A program made the position numbers and the translations under genes. A DNA stretch of 63,873 bases, filler included, from Octopus bimaculoides (Eukaryota), in the NCBI RefSeq assembly GCF_001194135.2. It is 7 parts of 7 records of this genome, joined end to end, with 100 filler letters (N's around TTAATTAATTAA, not from the genome) between each part and the next. Parts side by side here need not be neighbours in the genome. Positions count along the whole stretch, not along the records: positions 36,851 to 45,040 come from NC_068982.1; positions 45,141 to 59,397 come from NC_069010.1; positions 59,498 to 61,869 come from NC_068986.1; positions 61,970 to 63,873 come from NW_026380502.1; 3 more parts are not named here. One strand, given 5' to 3'. Position 1 is the stretch's first letter, and every line of letters starts with the position of its first letter. This document shows, piece by piece, positions 39,588 through 63,873 of this stretch. The notes below the pieces were generated by a model that searched no databases, was not told the origin of the DNA, and saw nothing but the letters and a program-made list of their open reading frames with translations.

Positions 39588-41036
39588 AAATAATATGTGA
39601 GTATATGCATATATGCGTACATGTATGTACATACCTACATCTACATGTATATATAGATGCATATCTGGGTACAGGACATCACAAAAAAAAAAACGTGGAA
39701 AAAATTTAAAATAGAACATAAACAGAGCAAAGAAAACAAACAGGCCACATAGACAACCTTTCCTTCATCAGCTGCCCCTATTCTAAACTAAGCGTTTTGA
39801 ATAGTTGCAGCAAGAAACCAGAAAAAGCCCTGAATGTGAAAAGTTTATAATGGTTCAGATGGATGAGTTACCCAAAAGGATGAAAGGAAGGCCATAGTAT
39901 TGATAGGAATTTCATAGCTCATTAGATAAATGGAAAGTTTGCAATTGACATAAAAAGAGGTATGTTGCGTCTGTATGGAAAGATAGTCGCTCATCTGCTA
40001 TGCATTGAAAAGTTAAAGAAATTGGAACACGACGATTACTCAATGCACTTTAATACTTTATGCACAATTTTATAGACTTAATACACAGCACTCATAATAT
40101 CCACTCTTATTTTTCCATTTTTCCTCATAAGCAAAAACAAAAATATCCCGTACATATGATACAACCTTTAGTTAAATTTCCACGTAGATAAGCATGAATA
40201 TTTCATGGAATTGCACTTATGTGCATGCGTTAAGTGATAGATAATATAAAAAACTTAGTTCATTAAAAAAAATACACTTTTCACTATCCAATCACCATCG
40301 CCTCCACCACCTCCCTCTCCACTACCACCAACACCACCATCGTCATCACCATATTTCTTCCACTCTCTCTCCCCTCTCTTTATCTCCCTTCTCTCTCTCT
40401 CTTATCTCTGTTTCTCTCCCCCTCTCTCTCTCTGTGCCTTTCTTTAACCTCACCATATGAACATCAGCCCTCTGCTAAAATTATATTTTTAACTCTCCTC
40501 CTCTGTATCATCTCTACCTGCAACTAACTTTTTAACTAACTACGTTCTCCCTACCTTTCGTCATGGACGCTTCTCTCTCCCTCTTTCTCTCTCTCTCACT
40601 TTTCTCTTTCCCACTTTCTCTTTCTCTCTCTTTTTTCTCCCTCTTTTTCTCTAATCCTGTGACAGCGTTACCGATGGGCTAAGTAACGGAATTACAAGCA
40701 GAATCATTATAAGATTCTTGGAAAGTGGATCTCGAGTTCTATTTTAGTTTAAATGGATTATTTTGCAAGCTCACTTAATCTAGGAATTCGTAACCGTTTG
40801 TAACCCAACGTTCCGTATTACCGAATGGTGTATTAGATGCACCCACACGTCACATTTTGCAAAATAAATAAATAAATGAAATCTTTAAAAAAAGAAAAAA
40901 ACTGCAGGTTATTTTAATCAAATGAAAAGTTCGTTTTGCGTAATGATCTATTATCCATGTTTTTTGTTTTATTATACTAAGTCATTCAGGAAGTGCCTTT
41001 GTTTAGATATTTCCATAAATTATTATGCCAGAACAC

Positions 41037-41042
41037 TTTATT
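41037..41042 (-). terminator. Putative polyadenylation signal AATAAA
   Basis: TTTATT on + strand just downstream of the stop of the 41100-41337 ORF; weak evidence alone in AT-rich DNA. Confidence 0.3.
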
Positions 41043-41099
41043 AGCTAGTCTTAAGGAGAGTCCAGCTTAACTCCCAAAGTCCTTCCATGGCTTTGCCTT

Positions 41100-41337
41100 T
41101 CACGCTTTTACTGTCTCTGCAGCAACTTTTTGCACTTGAGTGTAACGCATGAGCATTAGGGGAGAATTGTCTCCAGGCCAATCTTTGTAAGCCTCCTTGT
41201 TTCGGATGGCATCGTAATCCCTGGTTAAATCAAGGGGTTCTCTTACCACTTGGTGCCACATCAATCCGCTTTTATCCACAGCATTGTACAGCCGAAAAAG
41301 AAATTTCCGAAAACAATAATCTCCATTTCCACGACGT
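41100..41337 (-). CDS. Candidate terminal coding segment RRGNGDYCFRKFLFRLYNAVDKSGLMWHQVVREPLDLTRDYDAIRNKEAYKDWPGDNSPLMLMRYTQVQKVAAETVKA*, product unknown
   Basis: 78 open codons with ordinary amino-acid composition, TTTATACAG acceptor at 41340-41338, TGA at 41102-41100, AATAAA about 58 nt downstream. Confidence 0.4.
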
Positions 41338-41340
41338 CTG

Positions 41341-41854
41341 TATAAATATAAAGAAACTAACATTTGTTTTTTATAAGCGCCGAAATGTGTATTGTAAGAT
41401 ACAAATAATATGATAATTTATTTTCAAACGCAGAGACGCCGTTAGAACAGCAGAAACATTGGGTAAATTACTCTTACAAAGCGGAAAATTTATCAACGAA
41501 CAGCTATGGAATTCGAACTCACATCTCTTGAAGACTCTGGTCAAGTGCTTTACCATTAAGCTAAAATGCTCGCCGACAAAGTAATCCGCAAAAAAAAAAA
41601 AGAATGTTTGTTTGTATATATATATATACGTGGTTGTACATTTAGCATTAAATGCGTCTAAAAAACGGATTAATTTGCCTACGAGCAGTTTAGCTTAATG
41701 GTAAATTTCTTGGCTGGAATCTTCAAGAGATTGAGGTTCGAGTCCGATGGCTGTTTGTTGACAAATTTTTCCGCTTTGTAAGGGTAATTTACTCAATGTT
41801 TCTACTATTCTAACGGCGTCTCTGCGTTTGAAAATAAATCATCATCGTATTTGT
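41341..41854. mobile_element. Inverted pair of tRNA-derived SINEs (family F)
   Basis: 41390-41572 is the reverse complement of 41682-41854; A box TAGCTTAATGGTAAA, B box G(A/G)TTCGA(A/G)T(T/C)C; the same family occurs on + at 25780-26155. Confidence 0.8.
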
Positions 41855-41856
41855 AC

Positions 41857-41977
41857 GTAACAATCTCCATTTCGTTTCGAAATTCTCATCCTTTGTAGGA
41901 AGGTTTCCAAATTTGAATATTACAGTGTCCGTATATATTCTCCTAATCCCATCATCCGCCAGAGTCTCGCACTTCAT
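41857..41977 (-). CDS. Candidate upstream coding segment MKCETLADDGIRRIYTDTVIFKFGNLPTKDENFETKWRLL (alternative start MEIV at 41870)
   Basis: 40 open codons from ATG 41977; GT at 41856-41855; CpG-rich non-repetitive sequence upstream (41940-42250). Confidence 0.25.
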
Positions 41978-42638
41978 CTTTCCCTTACTAGATTACATGA
42001 CAAAATCTCCACACGCGAGCGAACCGGCAGGAGAATAGGCGTAACCAAAGAGCAAAATGGTTGGATAATAACCATAAACTCAGTTGGTCACGATGGGAAA
42101 TCCAGCAGAAAGTGTAATGGCGGTTGCTTCTCATAAGACGCCATGGAGGCGGTGCCTGAAAATTCTGCCCCTAAGACTCTCCCAAGAATAGTGGGCGGCG
42201 AAAATGGGCAGATAAATGGCATCGATTAATAGTGACCCCTACGTCAGATTTCTATGGAAATTACGAAAGTAGGCGAGGATTTAATGGAATTATACTAATC
42301 CTTAGACCATCCATCATCATTCATGTTTCTACTCACAACAAAACAATGTCATGTTCATATTTTAATCTCGACAAATTTTTCACAAAATGTGTTTAAAATA
42401 TATTTATTGTAATCAGCTTAAATATTATATTTTTGTGGAAACACACGACCATTTCCTAATCACCTAACGAACCCATATAGCGTCCCTTGAACTATTCTAC
42501 CACTTTGTGAATCCACAACAATCACAAGAAAGCGCTACTACCCAACTTGAAAACCACTAAATAAATCTAGGCAATTTTAGGAACCCAACATTCACATAAT
42601 TAGATAACACTCCTGTGAATTCATACATTACTACTCCA

Positions 42639-43154
42639 ATTTGATTTGTAGAGGTAGTCACGTGACTGGTTCCCCGCTACGTCCGTGTGTTAGTATCAAG
42701 TGACAATGTCTCGCGTCATGTTTTCTAGCAAGTGCTTGTAGAGAATGAGCACATGATTAAGTTTACAACCTTTTGTACGTTTCCCGCTACATTCATGCGT
42801 TAGTGTCACGTGACAGTATATTTTGTGCCTAAGATGAAGGCTGACATGGTCCAGTGAACATGTTTAGTTATAATGGAGTGCCTTGATTATAACTAAACAT
42901 GTTCACTCAGCGGTGTCAGCCTTCTTTTTAGGCATAAAATATACTACCACGTGACACTAACGCACGAATGTAGCGGAAAACGTACAAAAGGTTGTAAACT
43001 TAATCATGTGTTCATTGATTGTTTAGACATGTTCAGTCAACTTTATCGGCCTCTACTTACGACTCCAAACATCGTCACTCTACACACGGAAGTAGAGGGG
43101 AACCTGCAAAAATTTCATAAAACTAATCATGTGACTATCCTCTGCCAATCAAAT
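42639..43154. mobile_element. About 516-bp fold-back (MITE-like) element
   Basis: Near-continuous inverted arms 42744-42874 and 42886-43016 around an 11-nt loop, plus matching outer blocks ATTTGATT.G.AGAGG(A)TAGTCAC.TGA and GGTTCCCC.CTAC.TCCGTGTGT. Confidence 0.8.
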
Positions 43155-43617
43155 AGCGGTTGAGCATTCCACAGACACGTAAACCCTTAACGTAGTTCTC
43201 GGAGAGATTCAGTGTGACACAGAGTGTGACAAGGCCGGCCCTTTGAAATACAGGTAAAACAGAACCAGGAAGAAAGAGTGGGAGAAAGTTGTGGTGAAAT
43301 AGTCCATCAGGGTTCGCCACAATCCCCTGGCGGGGCCTTGTGCAGCATTAAGTGTTTTCGCTCAATAAACACTCACAACGCTCACTCGGTCTGGGAATCG
43401 AAACCGCCATCCTATGAACGCAAGTCTGCTGCCCTAATCACTGGGCCATTCTGCTTCCATTTTCCAAACATATATTAATTTGAGCCATGAACTCCCTATA
43501 AAAATAGGGCAAGCTTCNNNNNNNNNNNNNNNNNNNNNNNNNNNNNNNNNNNNNNNNNNNNNNNNNNNNNNNNNNNNNNNNNNNNNNNNNNNNNNNNNNN
43601 NNNNNNNNNNNNNNNNN

Positions 43618-43649
<32 letters not shown>

Positions 43650-44771
43650 CATACATATATACACACATATATATGTACACATGTATACATACATACAGAT
43701 ACACACATATAAATATATGTATATGTGTATACATGCATGCATATGTGTATGTGTGTGTGTGGCCGCCTACACGTATGCACAAAATCCTACATAAGCTGCA
43801 ACATGCAATAAGATGCCAGCACACACCACTGTCTCTCTCACACACACGCATACACACACAAACACACACAGACATACACACATATATATACACCCTTTTC
43901 CTCTCCGTAAGTAAATATTCCTTACGTCTCTACTGATTATATAATATGTATTCAATCTTTCTTTCTGTTACAATCTATGTCAATTATGATTTGTTATCTA
44001 CTGTTATTTCAAATCAGCTTACAACGGCGTTTTTTAAATTTATTTTGTTTTGCATATTTTTCTTATTATGTTATTCTTTCTTTCTACTTCTTTTTTTTTA
44101 CTATAATGTGTTTATAAATTTATTTATTACTTTCCTTCCCCCCCATTTCTTATAAGCTATTATTGCTATTTTTGTTGCCTTTTGTTCCTTTTGTGAAAGT
44201 GTGTGTGTGTGTATGTGTTTTAATTCTTACGACTTTGCCCTCCCAAAATTCCCATGGATTTTTTTTTTATAGCTGTTTTTTTTTGTTTTGTTTGGTTTTG
44301 TTTTGTTTCTAAGTGGGTCACATCACATTAGTATTACTGGTTAAGCAAGTTTACTTACTTTGCTGCCTTTCAACCAACTAATCAACACATGTTTGCACAA
44401 ATGAAAAACTGCACAAACATACATGCACGCACGTAATTACGCATAAGCACACGTACATACCCGTACAGACGTCATGCACGCACTCTTATACATGCACACA
44501 CACAGATAGAAACTTGTCCGCTGACTCGACTCTGTTTATGTGTCGCAATGTATATACACGCCTCTGTGTGTATAAATATAGCACTTGGTCGGGTTTGCGA
44601 ATACGTGTATACATACTCATGCACGAACACACAAACACACATCGACGTTTGGCACGTATAAAAGACACCGTTAGAAGCATACTTATGAATATTCATCTAC
44701 ATTTAAAGAGATTGTAATTTAGCCTCTACTAGGTAGGTTTATGGCCTACCTCCCTATTCATTTATCTATTG

Positions 44772-44776
44772 GTTAG

Positions 44777-44834
<58 letters not shown>

Positions 44835-44860
44835 CGCCTGTCCGTCTGTATGCCTGTCTG

Positions 44861-44935
<75 letters not shown>
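44772..44935. repeat. (TATC)n microsatellite
   Basis: Direct reading. Confidence 0.95.
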
Positions 44936-45040
44936 CTATGGACGGACGGTAGACGTGTCGGCTCCGTAATTTTTGCCTTTTTCATGTTTTAAAAAGTTTG
45001 TTTGTAAAGTGTATTTTATATACAAAGTTGTATAACAACT

Positions 45041-45140
45041 NNNNNNNNNNNNNNNNNNNNNNNNNNNNNNNNNNNNNNNNNNNNTTAATTAATTAANNNN
45101 NNNNNNNNNNNNNNNNNNNNNNNNNNNNNNNNNNNNNNNN
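45041..45140. other. Artificial contig-joining spacer; truncates a PRPF8 exon
   Basis: N44-TTAATTAATTAA-N44. Confidence 0.95.
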
Positions 45141-59152
<14,012 letters not shown>

Positions 59153-59353
59153 TGAGTATCTCTCTGTGATTGTTATTGTCGTTGTAGTAGTTGTGGTGGT
59201 GCTAGTGGTTGCTGTTGTGTATGTGTGTGTATATTTATGGAGACAAACACCATTTGTCAATGTGATCGGCTTGAAAGGTTAAAGATATTAAGATATTTTT
59301 TTTAACATGAAGCCAATGGTAGCCTTAATACATAAATAAAAAATATATATGAG

Positions 59354-59397
<44 letters not shown>

Positions 59398-59497
59398 NNN
59401 NNNNNNNNNNNNNNNNNNNNNNNNNNNNNNNNNNNNNNNNNTTAATTAATTAANNNNNNNNNNNNNNNNNNNNNNNNNNNNNNNNNNNNNNNNNNNN
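59398..59497. other. Artificial contig-joining spacer
   Basis: N44-TTAATTAATTAA-N44. Confidence 0.95.
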
Positions 59498-59709
59498 TAC
59501 ATAACAGTGCAAACAATTCCTTCAAAAACCAATGAAAAGAAGCAAAATTTGTGGCTGAGAAATCATGCCAGCGTTATTGGGAATATTCATGCTGAAAAGG
59601 AAATAGAAGTTAATATTTCTAATGTGTATATGTATGTGTGTGTGTGTGTGTGTGTGCATATAGTTGATGTCTGTTTTTGATTAAGTATAAATCTCTCACT
59701 CTCTCACAC

Positions 59710-59785
<76 letters not shown>

Positions 59786-61351
59786 ACTTTCTTTCTTTCT
59801 CTTTACAAGCAGTGGTTTCATCTTGGGCAAAGAAATCTTCAATTCAAAAATTCTGTTGCTCAAAATGAAACTACTGGTTGCTGAGAGCTATTCAGCTTTC
59901 CTATTCCCCACAATAAATAAAATTTTTATTCCACAAATAACTTATATTGAGTTCTCCCCCTCCTAAGAGTTGTAAGACTAATTATTTTATGTGAATATTC
60001 ATCATGTACACACATACATACATACATACATACATGCATGCATACATACATACATACATACATGCATACATGCATACATACATGCATACATACATCATTG
60101 TCATCATCAATTAATGTCCATTTTCCATACTTGCATGGTTGGATGGTTTGATAAGATCCGACGGACTCAAGCACTACATCATGCCCCCGTGTCTCCCTTG
60201 GTATAGTTTCTACAGCTGGATGCCCTTCTTAATACCAACCACTTTAAGCATGTACATGGTTCTTTTTATGTGTCACCAACACTGGTGAAGTTACCATGAA
60301 GTTTGCAAAACTACAAACCCTAAGGGGAACAACTTTATACATGGACATGAGAAGTAGAGAGGGGTAAAGTATGAGAGAAAAGGGCAAGAGCAAAGCAGGT
60401 TTCTTGCTAAAAAGGTACTACATGACTACTCACAATTTAGAAAAGAGGGTGAGAAAGATTGAGCAGAGTAGAAAGCAACAAATTTAGTGGTAATGAGGTA
60501 TCAAGGTGAAGCTTCAAATTTTGAGGTATGGAATATAGACAATAAATAAGGATGATGATTATGAGGGTGATATATATATGTATGTGTTTGTGTGTCTGTG
60601 TTTGTCCCCCCAATATTGCTTGACAACCAATGCTGGTGTGTTTATGTCCCCGTAACTTAGCGGTTCGGCAAAAGAGACCAATAGAATAAGTACTAGGCTT
60701 CTAAAGAATAAGTCCTGGGGTCGATTTGCTCCAGCATGGCCACAGTCAAAAGACTGAAACAAGTAAAAGAGTAAAAGGGAGTATACACACACACACACAN
60801 NNNNNNNNNNNNNNNNNNNNNNNNNNNNNNNNNNNNNNNNNNNNNNNNNNNNNNNNNNNNNNNNNNNNNNNNNNNNNNNNNNNNNNNNNNNNNNNNNNNN
60901 NNNNNNNNNNNNNNNNNNNNNNNNNNNNNNNNNNNNNNNNNNNNNNNNNNNNNNNNNNNNNNNNNNNNNNNNNNNNNNNNNNNNNNNNNNNNNNNNNNNN
61001 NNNNNNNNNNNNNNNNNNNNNNNNNNNNNNNNNNNNNNNNNNNNNNGGGCAAGTGTCTTCTACTATAGCCTTGGGCCGACCAAAGCCTTGTGAGTGGATT
61101 TGGTAGACGGAAACTGAAAGAAGCCCGTCGTATATATGTATATATATATGTATGTGTTTGTGTGTCTGTGTTTGTCCCCCCAATATTGCTTGACAACCAA
61201 TGCTGGTGTGTTTATGTCCCCGTAACTTAGCGGTTCGGCAAAAGAGACCAATAGAATAAGTACTAGGCTTCTAAAGAATAAGTCCTGGGGTCGATTTGCT
61301 CCAGCATGGCCACAGTCAAAAGACTGAAACAAGTAAAAGAGTAAAAGGGAG

Positions 61352-61396
<45 letters not shown>

Positions 61397-61869
61397 TTTA
61401 AATTTAAGGATAAAATCTATATCAGATTTTATCAGGTAATCAGCATGTAATAACTAATTAAGGTAAAAAATTAATAGAACATATAATTTTATAAGTATAT
61501 TTATAAAACCATAATGAGGGCAAAAAGCAAGTCTTACAACAGGCTAAGCCACATGAGGAAGAATGGGTTTTTTGCCCATCATTCTGAAATCAATTGATCA
61601 ATAGCTGAACCTAGTCATGAATCTTTTCATTTATTTTCCTTGCTTTCAGTGCGTGTTTACGTAAGGTAGATTTGTGCCATTTGGCACCTTCTTTCAGCAT
61701 GTAGCTTGGTGTGTTGTAATACTCGCTTTTTGCCCTTATGGATTTAAAAATATACTTATAAAATTACATATAATATATATATATATACACACATATATAT
61801 ACACACACATATATATACACACATATATATATATATATATGGATATATATACATATATGCATATATATA

Positions 61870-61969
61870 NNNNNNNNNNNNNNNNNNNNNNNNNNNNNNN
61901 NNNNNNNNNNNNNTTAATTAATTAANNNNNNNNNNNNNNNNNNNNNNNNNNNNNNNNNNNNNNNNNNNN
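61870..61969. other. Artificial contig-joining spacer
   Basis: N44-TTAATTAATTAA-N44. Confidence 0.95.
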
Positions 61970-62544
61970 TTATATTGTAGTGAATGTTTTGTGAGAGAGA
62001 AGAGGGAGAGAGAGAGGGAGAAAGGAATAGAGATGGTAGCAATGAAGAGAGAGGAAGAGAGAACGGAAGACAGTTATAAAATAGCAATGCGTGCACGTGT
62101 TTATATAAGAAACACAGAAACTAAATCTTATATCTATAATGTTGATGTGTGTATGTATTTATGTGTATGTTGTCACAGATCACGTACGTGTGGTTGTGTG
62201 TGTTTTTACGTATCTATGTTATGAAAAATAGGTAAAAAATACTAAGAGGAAAGTTTAATCTATGACTTTGTATGTATCACTTCCTCTCTCTCTCTTTTAC
62301 TCTCTATATTACATGTTGAGCGTGTGTGTAAGAACGCCGTTCCAGGTAGAAGGGAAAAAATATAAAAGTTGCTACAAACAACAGCCAAATCTCCCTTAAA
62401 TCACACAAAGTAAACGGGATTTAAAAAATCTAATTACTGCATTGGAAAATTCACATCAAGAAAATTCCATTGATGTAAAAAAATTTTACGAAAAAGTGGA
62501 AAATGTGGATTTCTATACACTTTTAAAAAGGCTTTACACTGACG

Positions 62545-62600
62545 CACAACTTCAGCTTTATATATTAAGACTAGCAGTATAACCCGACCTTGTCCGGGTG
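62545..62600 (-). mobile_element. Helitron-like 3' end (CTAGT plus subterminal hairpin) abutting a Helitron-like 5' end
   Basis: ACTAG at 62570, hairpin ACCCG-N8-CGGGT at 62582-62599; adjacent TTCAGCTTTATATATTA resembles the reverse of the 37017 start. Confidence 0.45.
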
Positions 62601-63175
62601 TGACATATTACGCCATCTACAATAAGTCTTGCTAGGTGAAAATCAACTAAAAAAGAAAGCCTTACAATGAAAAAACCCTTATGATGTAAATCTGTTCATA
62701 ATTCAAAAGACGATGCAATTAGTAGGGAAATTTTGAAGGCTGTTTTGCGTAACATTATAAAGCGTACGTAAATTTCATCCGTCTAATTGGCTATACAAAT
62801 GCTTGTGCAAAACAACTTTTTGCGCTGCCCTGATTATACATAGCAGGGTAATCCCTTTTAGCAGGAGCTAGGAAGGCAATTTCTGATGAAGCAATTGCTG
62901 GCGATCTGTTGCTACACAGTTTTGCCAGAATTCTATCAGATTAGGCAGATGTTGATGCACCATTTTGCATTATGTTCAAAGTAGCTTCTGGAATGTGGTG
63001 AATTGCTGCAGTCTGTTGCTGTCTTTTTAAACTGGTTGCTTTCTTTCCCCAGCAAACTCTCTTCTTTGGAGGCATAATCTATGTATATATTAAACAGAAC
63101 AACAAAGTTATAATAGATGGCAGGGTCGATAATTTTCAAATTTCTGTAATTTTTCAGATTAACACCCGCACGATT

Positions 63176-63322
63176 ACCCAACCCTAACCCCCTGAACTTA
63201 ACCCTAACACTAACCCTAAACCCTAACCCTAACCTCAAAACCCTAACCGCAACCCTAAAACCGTAACCGTAACACTAACCCTAATCCTAACCCTAAACCT
63301 TAACCCTAACCTTAACACCCTA
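63176..63322. repeat. Degenerate telomere-like (CCCTAA)n tract
   Basis: About 20 imperfect CCCTAA/CCTAA/CCGTAA units. Confidence 0.85.
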
Positions 63323-63563
63323 GTGAAAATCGTGGTATATTTACCAAACATTGATGAACATGAATTATATTGTATTCAATGAGTGTGTGTACAGGTAGAA
63401 GGGAAGAAATATAAAAGTTACTAGAAACAACAGCCAAATCTCCCTTAAATCACACAAAGTAAACAGAATTAAAAATTTTTTACACCAATGGAATTTATTC
63501 GATGTGAACTTCCCAGTGCAGTAATTACGCGCTCAACATATAATATAGAGAGTAAGAGTAAAA

Positions 63564-63649
<86 letters not shown>

Positions 63650-63873
63650 GAAAGTGATACGTAAACCCTAACACTAATAACCTAGTGAAAATCGTGGTAT
63701 ATTTACCAAATATTGATGAACATGAGTTATATTGTAGTGAATGTTTTGTGAGAGAGAAGAGGGAGAGAGGAAAAGGGAGAGAGAGGGGGAGAAAGGAATA
63801 GAAATGGTAACAATGAAGAGAGCGAAAGAGAGAACGGAAGACAGTTATAAAATAGCAATGCATGCACGTGTTT

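Noticed and set aside
41490-41760. tRNA-like sequences with A and B boxes (also the heads at 25920, 43400, 54264 and 56084)
   Set aside because: No complete cloverleaf with a credible anticodon arm; each continues into a repeated SINE body
60570-61370. Identical family A tails on both sides of an N gap
   Set aside because: 100% identity across a gap points to an unmerged assembly overlap rather than a tandem duplication

Overview
AT-rich, microsatellite- and retroposon-saturated animal genomic DNA; the repeat profile suggests a coleoid cephalopod/octopus (inference). The window is not one contiguous locus: six identical 100-bp spacers (N44-TTAATTAATTAA-N44) join seven separately assembled pieces. 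The one firmly identified gene is an internal 10-exon fragment of the spliceosomal protein PRPF8/Prp8 (45141-59151, + strand, about 434 codons, all splice phases consistent), cut at both ends by spacers. Weaker candidates are a phase-consistent three-exon minus-strand chain (5422-7875) and a minus-strand ORF interrupted by an inverted SINE pair (41100-41977). The rest is a decayed Hsmar1-like mariner, RTE, R4/Dong-like and other LINE fragments, at least five tRNA-derived SINE families (my labels A and C-F; B is an RTE 3' end), tandem Penelope-type repeats with hammerhead-like motifs, fold-back elements, Helitron-like ends and a degenerate (CCCTAA)n tract. Most entries in the ORF track are microsatellite or N-gap artefacts. 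All alignments and family assignments were made by eye or from memory, without database searches.
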